From Clostridia bacterium (GTDB lineage Bacteria; Bacillota; Peptococcia; Peptococcales; BICA1-8): a DNA stretch of 64,000 nt. A program made the position numbers and the translations under genes. The notes beneath the pieces were generated by a model. That model did no database searches and was not told the origin of the DNA. It saw nothing but the letters and a program-made list of their open reading frames with translations. The stretch covers positions 21 to 64,020 of the forward strand of contig JASKKI010000002.1 in NCBI GenBank assembly GCA_030154225.1, written 5' to 3'. The stretch's first letter is position 1, and the number at the start of each line of letters is the position of its first letter. Positions 9,250 to 18,884 of the stretch are shown here, one piece after another.

Positions 9250-10632
9250 CTACCCTATAATTATTCGCTCGTCGGGATATTTAATCTGCAATTTTTTATT
9301 TTTATTTTGTCCCAATGCAAATGCTAAAGTTAATGGTCCTACCCGACCGCTAAACATGGTTAAAATTATTGCAATTTTACCTATTAAAGATAATTGGCTG
9401 GTAATTCCCATAGAAAGTCCTACTGTACCAAAGGCCGATACTGCTTCAAAAAGTAAAGTCATAAAGTCAGCATTTTCACTAATTGTTAATATTGATGTAG
9501 TCAATAGTACTAGTAATAAAGCAAGAAACGAAATAGCAATAGCTTTTTGAATGACATCTTGAGGTAATGTACGTTCCCGTAATGTTATGTGCGCTTTACC
9601 CTTAAAAGTACTAATAACAGATAATACTATCGACAGAAAGGTAGTTGTTTTTATCCCTCCTCCGGTGGAACCTGGGGAAGCGCCTATAAACATAAGAATG
9701 ATTATAAATAATTGGGATGTAACCCTCATGTCGGAAATATTAATAGTATTAAACCCTGCAGTACGGGGAGTTACTGATTGAAAAAGTGCAGCTAAAAATT
9801 TTGATAAAGGGTCTAAATTTCCTAAAGTATTAACGTTACCCATTTCCAGTAAGAATATGCCAATTGTTCCTACAATAATTAATAGTGCAGAAACAACCAA
9901 TACTACTTTGGAATGAAAAGATAGTTTTCGACCACGGTTTACATATAAATCAGATAAAACAACAAAACCAATTCCGCCGGAAATAATCAAAAACATTACC
10001 GTAATATTGGTAATTATATCTCCTGTATAAGCTGTAAGACTGGAAAAATTACCAAACAAGTCAAATCCCGCATTATTAAATGCTGAAACGGCATGAAATA
10101 TTCCAAAATATATAGCTTTTTTCCACCCCAAATCAACTGACCAGTTTAGTGCAAGGATAAATGCACCTAAAGCTTCTATTGTAAAAGACAACTGGATAAT
10201 GTACTTAGTTAACCGGACAATGCCTTCAATAGAGACCTGATTAAGGGCTTCTTGTAATAATAGCCTCTCTTTTAAAGTAATCTTCCTTCCTAAAATGATC
10301 GCAAAAAGGGTGGCAAAGGTCATAAATCCTAACCCGCCAATTTGGATTAAAAGCATTATAACTATCTGACCAAAAACCGAAAATGTTGTACCTGTATCAA
10401 CAACTACCAAGCCTGTTACACAAACGGCTGACGTTGCTGTAAAAAGTGCATCCAGAAAAGATAATCCTTTTCCATCAATAGTTGCTTGAGGCAGAGTAAG
10501 AAGTATAGCCCCAATTAATATAATACCGGCAAATCCTAAAACTAAAACCCTAGCAGGAGTAAATGTATTAAATCTTTTATTTTTTGCAGATGAATTTTTT
10601 GATGATTTATCACTGATAATTAATGGCTTCAT
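9250..10632 (-). CDS. TrkH/KtrB-family potassium uptake membrane subunit
   Basis: Four pore-loop repeats (SAVCVTGLV, SAFNNAGFD, FQSVTPRTAGFNT, SAFGTVGLS). Start moved to the second ATG at 10632. Confidence 0.85.
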   Translation of the reverse strand: MKPLIISDKSSKNSSAKNKRFNTFTPARVLVLGFAGIILIGAILLTLPQATIDGKGLSFLDALFTATSAVCVTGLVVVDTGTTFSVFGQIVIMLLIQIGGLGFMTFATLFAIILGRKITLKERLLLQEALNQVSIEGIVRLTKYIIQLSFTIEALGAFILALNWSVDLGWKKAIYFGIFHAVSAFNNAGFDLFGNFSSLTAYTGDIITNITVMFLIISGGIGFVVLSDLYVNRGRKLSFHSKVVLVVSALLIIVGTIGIFLLEMGNVNTLGNLDPLSKFLAALFQSVTPRTAGFNTINISDMRVTSQLFIIILMFIGASPGSTGGGIKTTTFLSIVLSVISTFKGKAHITLRERTLPQDVIQKAIAISFLALLLVLLTTSILTISENADFMTLLFEAVSAFGTVGLSMGITSQLSLIGKIAIILTMFSGRVGPLTLAFALGQNKNKKLQIKYPDERIIIG

Positions 10633-10725
10633 AATATCTACCCTCATTTAAGCTAATTATAATTGCATTTAAATTAATGATATTAATAAATCAGATTTTA
10701 TCAAAACTTGAGGAAAAAATAAACA

Positions 10726-10817
10726 TAAGAAAAACCGACTTCGTCGGTCTTTGGAGAACCTATAGTAGCTACAGTGCTACCGTGCTACAGAAATAAAAGA
10801 TTAAGATTGAGGTTCGG
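10726..10817. repeat. Intergenic repeat, CTACAG family, copy 1 (with its leading hairpin)
   Basis: AAAAACCGAC-TTC-GTCGGTCTTT, then CCTATAGTAGCTACAGTGCTACCGTGCTACAGAAATAAAAGATTAAGATTGAGG. Near-identical to 21062-21137. Confidence 0.8.
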
Positions 10818-10844
10818 ACCAAAAGTTATACTTTGCTTTAAAGT

Positions 10845-10878
10845 AAAAAAAGTGTGACCTATCCATCACACTTTTTTT
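10845..10878 (-). terminator. Bidirectional-looking terminator after dsrM
   Basis: A6-AGTGTGA-N8-TCACACT-T7, 30 nt past the stop at 10909. Confidence 0.7.
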
Positions 10879-10908
10879 ACTAGCCACTAAACAAATATAA
10901 CCCGTTTT

Positions 10909-11940
10909 TTATTCTTTTGTCGTAGCTGCTTCTTTTTCACCTTCGGTACCGTCTTTTTCCAGCGGTAAACCAACAGCCCGCATTTTATCTCTAAATTCAT
11001 CTTCGTATTCTTCATAGGTGTGAACTTTTACCGGATAATTCCAAGGATTAATATGCCTTACTGCACGGTTATTATTAGCCATATTTCTAGTAGGACTCAA
11101 GAAAATTCCTCCCATGTGCATTAGCTTACTAAATGGGAAATAGGAAATAAGCACACAAACCAGGAACAAATGGATATAAAAGAGTATACTAATTCCTTCG
11201 GGAACAGTGGGATTAAAAGTGAATAATCCCAAAGCCAGTTCCTTAACAGCAACAACATCAACCCTTGTAAAATATCTCATCAATATACCGGTAAGAGCTA
11301 TACCCATAATCACAAATAAGGGGAAATAATCAGCAGCTAAGGATACGTAACGAACTTGGGGAATAAACACCCTTCTTATAAATAGATAAGTTATAGCCAC
11401 TAAAAGCAATACACCGGTTAGGTAGACATTCTGTAAATCAACTAAGAAAAAACCATCCAGTTTTTCGATTAACCGTACAAAAGCAGGTACCGGCTCTAGA
11501 AAAAATCTAAAGTGTCTGATTACTACAATCAAAAAGGACCAGTGAAAAATTAAACCTCCTAACCACAGCCATTTTTCCCATTGATAAACCAGTCTCTGTC
11601 CATCTACTAACTGAGCTTTTGTGTTTTTAAATAATGACCTGAAAAACAATACTTCCAAAGCCATTCTTGCTACTACACCGGAAGTGGTAGACGGATTTTC
11701 TATTTTGTTTTGCTTAATCCAGGATAAAGATTTTTGCTGTCCACAGGTAGTAGGTATCCGGAAAGGAACCGGAGCCTTCCCCCATTTGACTACCCGGTAA
11801 ACAAAACCGATTATAAAGGTGGCCAAGGCTATATAGGGTATGATTACACCAAAGAGGTAACTTAATCCTAAAGCCTCTACTCCCAGGAAAACACCCAAAA
11901 TGAGCGCCGTAACCATGAGCAAAGAAAATTTGAGACCCAT
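10909..11940 (-). CDS. dsrM: DsrM-type membrane di-heme cytochrome b (NarI-like)
   Basis: NarI-like TM pattern. Motif VPFRIPTTCGQQKSL is as remembered from DsrM/HmeC proteins. Last gene of the cluster. Confidence 0.7.
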   Translation of the reverse strand: MGLKFSLLMVTALILGVFLGVEALGLSYLFGVIIPYIALATFIIGFVYRVVKWGKAPVPFRIPTTCGQQKSLSWIKQNKIENPSTTSGVVARMALEVLFFRSLFKNTKAQLVDGQRLVYQWEKWLWLGGLIFHWSFLIVVIRHFRFFLEPVPAFVRLIEKLDGFFLVDLQNVYLTGVLLLVAITYLFIRRVFIPQVRYVSLAADYFPLFVIMGIALTGILMRYFTRVDVVAVKELALGLFTFNPTVPEGISILFYIHLFLVCVLISYFPFSKLMHMGGIFLSPTRNMANNNRAVRHINPWNYPVKVHTYEEYEDEFRDKMRAVGLPLEKDGTEGEKEAATTKE

Positions 11941-11965
11941 TAACTATCCCTCATTTCGTGTTATT

Positions 11966-13171
11966 TTAAGAGTGTTCTAAAGTTTCTTGAGATTTAAAGT
12001 TTTTGCTAGTAACATCAGTTTCCCTTTTTACAGAAACGACAACCTTATAGAATAAACTAGCAATTAAAGTTCCAATTGCCCAGATACCGATAATAATCAA
12101 TATTTCCGGTAAACGAGGAGTATATTCTGTTATTCTACCAAATGGGGTAACAGCTAATCCCCCAATAACAAAGCTCAATCCTTTTTCAATCATCATGGAA
12201 AAAAACACCGCTGCACAAGCAATAATTAATGTTTTGTCATTTTCTCTAGTTTTCCGAGGTATTAATAATACTAGGGCCAGCACTGAAAGTATTACAAAAA
12301 CCCACATAAACGGAACAAAACCATTATGCCCGTGTACTCCCGCAAAAAGATACTGGAGAGCATGCATATGAGCAGGCACCTGACTAAAAAATGCTGTAAA
12401 AAATTCAACTACCACCATAAAAATAGTAATAGACATGGAATAGGTAACAATTAACGCTAACTTTTGAATTGCTTTTTTGCCGGCATCGAAATTAGCAAAT
12501 TTTTTCAGTATAAAACAAATTAATATCAATAGGGCCGGACCGGTGGCAAAAGCCGAAGCTAAAAACTTGGGAGCAATTAAAGCTGTTAACCAGTAATGCC
12601 TGCCAGGAAGCCCTGCATATAAGAAGGCGGTGACAGTATGAATACTAACAGCCCAGGGAATAGATATATATATTAACACTTTTACCCATTTGGGCGGATG
12701 AACCCCTTTACTTTCAGCTTCTAAAACATTCCAGCCAATAAAGATATTTAGAAGAAGATAACCCGTTAAAACCATCGCATCCCAGAACATAGGCGAATTA
12801 GGTGTGGGATAAAGAAACATATTCACAACACGCATAGGCATACCCATATCGACAATGATAAACATCATACACATCAGTACAGAAGCAACAGCTAAGAATT
12901 CACCAATGACAGTAATCCGACCAAATTCCTTTACATTATGCAGGTAGTATGGTAAGACCAGCATTACAGCCGATGCAGCTACCCCAACAAAAAATGTAAA
13001 TTGACCTATATATAAACCCCAGGATACATCCCTGCTCATTCCTGTAACAGTTAATCCTTGATTAAGCTGCCAGAGATAGGAGCCAAAACCTACTGCCGAT
13101 AGGACTAACAGGAATAAAATCCAGTTCCAAAATTTTTTGTTATTCTCTTTAATTAAAGCCTTTTCCAGCAT
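11966..13171 (-). CDS. dsrP: DsrP-type NrfD/PsrC-family integral membrane quinone-interacting subunit
   Basis: 401 aa, about 10 TM segments, NrfD-like, adjacent to the DsrO-like FeS protein. Confidence 0.7.
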   Translation of the reverse strand: MLEKALIKENNKKFWNWILFLLVLSAVGFGSYLWQLNQGLTVTGMSRDVSWGLYIGQFTFFVGVAASAVMLVLPYYLHNVKEFGRITVIGEFLAVASVLMCMMFIIVDMGMPMRVVNMFLYPTPNSPMFWDAMVLTGYLLLNIFIGWNVLEAESKGVHPPKWVKVLIYISIPWAVSIHTVTAFLYAGLPGRHYWLTALIAPKFLASAFATGPALLILICFILKKFANFDAGKKAIQKLALIVTYSMSITIFMVVVEFFTAFFSQVPAHMHALQYLFAGVHGHNGFVPFMWVFVILSVLALVLLIPRKTRENDKTLIIACAAVFFSMMIEKGLSFVIGGLAVTPFGRITEYTPRLPEILIIIGIWAIGTLIASLFYKVVVSVKRETDVTSKNFKSQETLEHS

Positions 13172-13188
13172 AGTCTTCTCCCCCTCCT

Positions 13189-13956
13189 TTAAACTATATA
13201 AAATACTTTAGGTTTTGTACCAAAACTGTAACTCCGTTGAATAGTGTATTGAGAATCAAGGATCTTTCTTACTTCAGAGTTAGGATCATCTAAATCTCCA
13301 AAGACCAATCCACCGTTTTTGCTGGCTTCCACACAGGCAGGAAGTAAACCTTCAGCCAGTCTTTCCGAACAAAAATTACACTTTTCAACAACACCTTTGG
13401 TTCTGGTAGGATATTTAGGATTTATCTCTTTAAGATAGGGACGGGGATCTTTAAAATTAAAGCTTCGCGCACCATAGGGACAGGCTGCCATACAGTAACG
13501 ACATCCAATACACCGGTGAAAATCCATCATAACAATACCATCATTACTTTTAAAAGTAGCTTTAGTTGGACAAACCCTCACACAGGCCGGGTTTTCACAG
13601 TGATTACATAATGCTAAAAAGTTTTTATGCCGTATTTTACCGGTCAGATGTCCATGTTCAATATCATGAAATAAACTTTCAAAAGAATCAGTCCAAATCC
13701 ATTTGACCTCTTCTTTTTTATTACCAATATCAGGTACATTGTGTGTTTTATGACAGGCACTAATACACTCATCCAGTTCACTTTCCAGCTTATTCATGTC
13801 CACTACCATTGCCCAATTTTTTGCTTTCAAAGCTTTAGGATTTGGAGCATATTTTACCTTTTTGTTACTTGCCAGCGCATTACCTAAAGGAAGTAAACCT
13901 AATCCTAAAGTAAAAACTCCACTAACCTTCAAAAACTTTCTTCTATTAATATCCAT
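13189..13956 (-). CDS. dsrO: DsrO-type Tat-exported 4Fe-4S ferredoxin-like subunit
   Basis: Twin-arginine signal (MDINRRKFLKVSG..ALA) and several CxxCxxCxxxCP clusters. Confidence 0.7.
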   Translation of the reverse strand: MDINRRKFLKVSGVFTLGLGLLPLGNALASNKKVKYAPNPKALKAKNWAMVVDMNKLESELDECISACHKTHNVPDIGNKKEEVKWIWTDSFESLFHDIEHGHLTGKIRHKNFLALCNHCENPACVRVCPTKATFKSNDGIVMMDFHRCIGCRYCMAACPYGARSFNFKDPRPYLKEINPKYPTRTKGVVEKCNFCSERLAEGLLPACVEASKNGGLVFGDLDDPNSEVRKILDSQYTIQRSYSFGTKPKVFYIV

Positions 13957-14360
13957 TACTTAACCTCCTCTGGCCCAACATGACAACTCCAACAGTTGGG
14001 TTCTACCTGAGCATAGGTATGACAAGCATCACAAAATTCTTCCTTATTAGAGTGACAATCCAAGCAGGTATTTTCTAGACTCATTTCATACTCTTTCCCG
14101 TCTTTTTCCGATACATAAATTCTATTTCCATCACGAACCACAGATACTTTCCATTCACTTAGTAATTTCATGTGGTTGCTTCTCATAAAATCAGTATCTT
14201 CGATACATTCTTTAGCTTCTAATTCATTAATTTTAGGAGTATCAAGACTTAACTTTGGTGCATCATTTTTTTTACCAATTCCAAATACGAAAGGTAAAGT
14301 AAAGATGCCGATGAAAATAACGAGACCTATGATTATATTTCGGGAATTATACATCCTCAT
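13956..14360 (-). CDS. dsrJ: DsrJ-type membrane-anchored triheme cytochrome c
   Basis: N-terminal signal anchor and three CxxCH motifs (CLDCH, CDACH, CWSCH). Conserved ECIE..FMRSNHMKLL region resembles DsrJ. Confidence 0.75.
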   Translation of the reverse strand: MRMYNSRNIIIGLVIFIGIFTLPFVFGIGKKNDAPKLSLDTPKINELEAKECIEDTDFMRSNHMKLLSEWKVSVVRDGNRIYVSEKDGKEYEMSLENTCLDCHSNKEEFCDACHTYAQVEPNCWSCHVGPEEVK

Positions 14361-15960
14361 CTTCCTCCGTTCTTATGGGTTCAAAGCGTAAGTTTTCTTC
14401 CCTTTTCTTTTCCCCTTTCATAACTAGTGCATTACCCACTAACTCATGAACACCACAAACATCAACATTAGGTACCCAGTAGTGCATAAGGGGTGGTAAA
14501 ACTGCCCTATCTATAGCACAAATACAGGAAAGCATATTTACACCATGTTTTTCATGGACATATCTCACTGCATTTGCCCTAGGGAAACCCCCGCGCATGC
14601 GCATTTCCATATTTTCATCAGCACCAAGTCCTGCACCACCACCACAACAGAAAGTTTTTTCTCTGATTGTTTCTTCCGGCATCTCATAAAAATTGTTACA
14701 AACCTTTTGCAGGATATATCTTGGTTCTTCCAGTAACCCCATAGCCCTTGATGGGTTACAGGAATCATGGAAAGTAACTTTATAATTATCATTACGACTG
14801 GGGTCAAGTTTTATTTTATCATTTTTAATTAAATCCGCTGTAAATTCAGTAATATGAATCATCTTGGTAGATTTAGCATGGTCAAATCTTGTACCAGTAA
14901 TAGGGGAAACTGGTACTTCCAAAAAGTCAGCAGGGCCATTCATAGTATCCATGTACTGGTTAATAACTCTCCACATGTGACCACATTCTCCACCAAGTAT
15001 CCATTTAACCCCTAACCTTTTGGCTTCAGCATACATTTTGGCATTGAGCCTTTTCATCATTTCATGGGACGTGAATAATCCGAAGTTTCCACCCTCACTG
15101 GCGTAAGTACTTAATGTATAATCCAGGCCGATCTCATGTAATAGCATTAATTGTCCCATTAAGCTAAAAGTACCTGGGTTAGCAAACACGTCTCCAGACG
15201 GAGGAATATATAATACTTCTGCGCCTTTCCGGTTAAACGAAAGTTCAATTTGTACACCTGTAATATCGGCTATGTCATCGGTCAGCATTTCAAAAGAATC
15301 TACCAGCCCGTGGGGTTGAATTCCTAGGTGATTTCCCTTCATATAACAATTAGCAACAGGTGTAACTATCCAGTCAATATTTAAACCTACCAGATTTAAA
15401 AGCTCCCTGGCAATCATAGTTATTTCTGCAGTGTCAATTCCGTAAGGACAGAATACTGAACAACGGCGACATTCAGTACATTGAAAGAAATAATAAAACC
15501 ATTCTTTCAGTACATCTACGGTTAAATCCCGTGCACCGGCAATTTTGCCAAAAATCTTACCGGCAGTAGTAAAATCCTTTCTGTAAACCGATCTTAATAG
15601 TTCCGCCCGTAATACAGGCATATTTTTGGGGTCACCCGAACCTAAAAAGAAATGACATTTGTCAGCACAAGCACCACATCTAACACAAGTATCCATAAAA
15701 AGCTGCAGGGAACGGAATTTACCCAATCTTTCCCTTAATCCTTCCAGAATAATTTCTTTCCAATTTTCCGGTAATTTCCAATCTTCATCTTCCGGTGACC
15801 ACTGTCTAGGATTTGGCAAACCAACTGTCTGCAAACTTTCAGGTTTTCCAGGATAAAGCCAGGTTCCCGGCCTAAAGTCAACAGGCGTTTCGGTCCACCC
15901 TGTTTTAGGTGGCCTAAAATCAATATTTAATAGTTGGTCTGGTTTAGGTAGCTTCGCCAT
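14347..15960 (-). CDS. dsrK: DsrK-type (HdrD-like) cytoplasmic FeS / CCG-domain subunit
   Basis: CVRCGACADKC and CTECRRCSVFCPYG clusters plus C-terminal cysteine-rich CCG-like motifs (FCCGGGAG, SCICAI). Confidence 0.7.
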   Translation of the reverse strand: MAKLPKPDQLLNIDFRPPKTGWTETPVDFRPGTWLYPGKPESLQTVGLPNPRQWSPEDEDWKLPENWKEIILEGLRERLGKFRSLQLFMDTCVRCGACADKCHFFLGSGDPKNMPVLRAELLRSVYRKDFTTAGKIFGKIAGARDLTVDVLKEWFYYFFQCTECRRCSVFCPYGIDTAEITMIARELLNLVGLNIDWIVTPVANCYMKGNHLGIQPHGLVDSFEMLTDDIADITGVQIELSFNRKGAEVLYIPPSGDVFANPGTFSLMGQLMLLHEIGLDYTLSTYASEGGNFGLFTSHEMMKRLNAKMYAEAKRLGVKWILGGECGHMWRVINQYMDTMNGPADFLEVPVSPITGTRFDHAKSTKMIHITEFTADLIKNDKIKLDPSRNDNYKVTFHDSCNPSRAMGLLEEPRYILQKVCNNFYEMPEETIREKTFCCGGGAGLGADENMEMRMRGGFPRANAVRYVHEKHGVNMLSCICAIDRAVLPPLMHYWVPNVDVCGVHELVGNALVMKGEKKREENLRFEPIRTEEDEDV

Positions 15961-16028
15961 TTAAACACCCCTCAATCTAAAAAAATAAAAGTAAAATTAT
16001 AGCATGTGTTACAGTGTGTAATGAGCTA

Positions 16029-16538
16029 CTACTTATTTACACGCTCGAGCAGTTCACACTTTGTTTTAATTTCATGGATCCTCAGTTTATAGATGGTTTC
16101 CCGGCAATCTATATAAATACTAAAAGCTAGAAGTGCTAAATCATCAATTCTATTTTCCAATTGTAACAATTCCATAAATGGTATTTTATCATTTTTAAAG
16201 TCTTTTATTAAACTTTCTCTAACCACTTTCTTTAATGAAAAAATAAAAGAAATGGCTTGCGAGGGTGAGAGATTTTGAACGGCTTTAATCCGTAAAATCT
16301 TATCCAGAGCTTGGTATAACCTATCATTATCCATGTCCTCGATAAGTTCTCCATAGATAGTCTCTAACCCCTGGTAATAATTACTGCCTACAGGGTTTGA
16401 AAACTGGTTTTTTTGATTTTGTAAATGACGTCTCGCTTCTTTAGGGTAAACTTCCAGTAAAAGATGGAACCAGCTGGTTAAAATTGAACTCTTCTTTTGT
16501 ATCAAATATTCTTTAAGGTTGAAAATATTGTGCTCCAT
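16029..16538 (-). CDS. RsbRD_N-like domain protein (function unknown)
   Basis: Helical 169-aa protein with a FSNPVG motif recalled from the RsbRD N-terminal domain family. Start moved to ATG 16538 (GGGGGTGA RBS). Confidence 0.45.
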   Translation of the reverse strand: MEHNIFNLKEYLIQKKSSILTSWFHLLLEVYPKEARRHLQNQKNQFSNPVGSNYYQGLETIYGELIEDMDNDRLYQALDKILRIKAVQNLSPSQAISFIFSLKKVVRESLIKDFKNDKIPFMELLQLENRIDDLALLAFSIYIDCRETIYKLRIHEIKTKCELLERVNK

Positions 16539-16612
16539 CCTTGTTTCACCCCCTCTCAATATCCCGATTTATTATCATTTCTTATAGTTAACACTCCCGG
16601 TAAAGGGGTATT

Positions 16613-17434
16613 TTATGCATAACTATGAATACCAGGAAGAAGATAACTTACTCCTAAGAAAGTAAAAATTACCGCTAGAAAACCTACTATAGAAAGCAGG
16701 GCAGCTTTTTTCCCTTTCCAGCCTCGCAAGCGGACGTGTAAATATGCTGAATAAATGAACCAGGTAATAAGTGCCCACGTTTCTTTAGGGTCCCAGCTCC
16801 AATAACGCCCCCAGGAATATTCAGCCCATACTGCCCCAGTCACAAGCATTATTGTTAAGGCAGGCATTCCAATAAAAATAACTTTATAAGAAAGGTCATC
16901 CATTTTTTCCAGGGTAGGAAATACCTCTATAAATTTATTTTCAGGTTTATGCTCCTGCAACCAGTCTTTTATTAAATACATGATGGATAAAGCAAATGAC
17001 ATGGCAAATGCCCCATAGGAAATTACAGCAGTCAAAACATGGACGATTAACCATTTACTTCTTAGGGCAGGCATAGCCGGTCTTATGGAAACATCCAGAT
17101 TTACTAAAAATAACAATAATAAGATAACAATGGGCAATACAAATAATGCTGAAGATGATAACTCATATTTAGATTCAACTAACAGAAAAATCAAGATAAT
17201 TGCCCACACAAAGAACAAACCAAATTCAAATAAGTTTCTTAAAGGTAACCCACCTATAAGTAAACCCCTGATCACAAGCAAAATGGTATTTAAAATAAAA
17301 GCCGAAATAATTAAAAATCTTGCATGGATCTTTAATGTGCCTTTGGTATAAGTAAAATTAATAAAATACACAACAAAAGCCAGTATATAAAACAGTAAAG
17401 TAATAAACAAAAGAGGTGTTTGAAAATTTTCCAT
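16613..17434 (-). CDS. ccsA: Cytochrome c biogenesis protein CcsA/ResC (system II heme handling)
   Basis: WWD-type motif WGRYWSWDPKETWALITW, 8 TM segments. Confidence 0.85.
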   Translation of the reverse strand: MENFQTPLLFITLLFYILAFVVYFINFTYTKGTLKIHARFLIISAFILNTILLVIRGLLIGGLPLRNLFEFGLFFVWAIILIFLLVESKYELSSSALFVLPIVILLLLFLVNLDVSIRPAMPALRSKWLIVHVLTAVISYGAFAMSFALSIMYLIKDWLQEHKPENKFIEVFPTLEKMDDLSYKVIFIGMPALTIMLVTGAVWAEYSWGRYWSWDPKETWALITWFIYSAYLHVRLRGWKGKKAALLSIVGFLAVIFTFLGVSYLLPGIHSYA

Positions 17435-18574
17435 TTATTCCACCTCCAGTTTTTTGGTTATATCTTCAATAATTCCATCTTTAACAGCTTTGTTTTTACA
17501 ACTAACTGTAAAGTAAAATTTATTTTCGACATCATTAAAAGAAATTAAAACTTCCTTATATCTACCCGTCCAAAAAAACATAGAAGCCATACTCATTAAT
17601 AAGAAACCAGACATGACTATTTTAGTACCCGGGTCTTTTTTCACTCCTAAAACGGTAAAGGGATGGATATCTAGGTATTGCAAGTAAGTATCACTGGAAA
17701 AGGCTATTTTATCTCCTTTTTTTAAGATCTGGGTTTTAACCACATCGTGTCCTCTAAAAAATCTAACCAGTGCTCCTGCCCTAGTATAACTAATATTAAA
17801 AAATTGATCTTCTAGTTTAAATATTTTACCATCAGGTACCCGGTATATTCCCTCTTGTTCTCCGGCAATTTCTACTAAATGATTGTAACCATAAGATTTT
17901 TGGTAAAATACCACACCTTTATACTTAAAAGGATTATTAACCCGGGTTGTCCCGGTCCTTGCTTTATTTCCATTTACATACAAGTTAAAATCAGTGACCC
18001 AGTTCTCGATAGCTCCTTGGGTATCGTAAAGTGTTTGAAAATCATTAACTTCAATTACCATATTTGAAGCAACATTAGGGGGAACATCAGCTCGTTCACC
18101 AACAAAAACTTTTACTTTACCTTCCGAACTAAAGGAACTAATAAATCCCCCCAAAAGTACAATAATTAAGGCCAGATGGAGTAGGTGGGGTGCAACTAAA
18201 TTTAGAAAGCCTTTTTGAGCCAGTATATTTAACTGGCCATTACTAGATCTTTCTTTGATCTTGTATCTTTTAGTTTTAAAATAATGAAGCAAAGACTTTT
18301 TATAGTGGGATAAATTATCGATATTTTCTATAATTCTTACTGAAGAACTTTCTTTACTTAAACCACCAGGTTCTTTTCTAATTTTTGTAAATAAACTCGG
18401 CAGGCTTCTTAGGGTACAAACAAATAAATTCATGCAAAAAAGTAATAATAAGAGTCTGAACCAAAAAGAACCAAAAACATTTAGAGCAGGATATAAAGTA
18501 GCAAATATGGATGCCAAAACCAAAGTGGTAATTAAAATAACTGCTAGTTTAATAGAAGATAAAAAGTTTAGCAT
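17435..18574 (-). CDS. resB: Cytochrome c biogenesis protein ResB/Ccs1
   Basis: N-terminal TM pair, a large extracytoplasmic domain and a C-terminal TM. Abuts ccsA. Confidence 0.75.
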   Translation of the reverse strand: MLNFLSSIKLAVILITTLVLASIFATLYPALNVFGSFWFRLLLLLFCMNLFVCTLRSLPSLFTKIRKEPGGLSKESSSVRIIENIDNLSHYKKSLLHYFKTKRYKIKERSSNGQLNILAQKGFLNLVAPHLLHLALIIVLLGGFISSFSSEGKVKVFVGERADVPPNVASNMVIEVNDFQTLYDTQGAIENWVTDFNLYVNGNKARTGTTRVNNPFKYKGVVFYQKSYGYNHLVEIAGEQEGIYRVPDGKIFKLEDQFFNISYTRAGALVRFFRGHDVVKTQILKKGDKIAFSSDTYLQYLDIHPFTVLGVKKDPGTKIVMSGFLLMSMASMFFWTGRYKEVLISFNDVENKFYFTVSCKNKAVKDGIIEDITKKLEVE

Positions 18575-18884
18575 TTATATTAATCCTTTCATATTTGTAC
18601 AATTTATCACATTTGGAAGTAAGTTTTGCTAATAAAAACTGATTCAACATTAGAATATTAGATTTACCCACAAAAAACTCCTGCATTTAAGTTATTATTA
18701 TTTTTAATTGCAATTATAAGCTAAAATATGTGAAAACTATTTTTAGCACTTTTTTTGATATTCTTAGTATGTCAATAACTTCCAAAAATAATAAGCTATA
18801 CGCTAAGAAATAGAGTATTTTTAATCAGCGAAAAAATTTTTAGTGGCTAGTGGAAAATTAGTATTTGCTGTGAAGAGCCCCATT

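Noticed and set aside
10800-10820. tRNA-like T-arm (GAGGTTCGGACC).
   Set aside because: No acceptor or anticodon stems can be drawn around it. It is part of the repeat tail GATTAAGATTGAGG.
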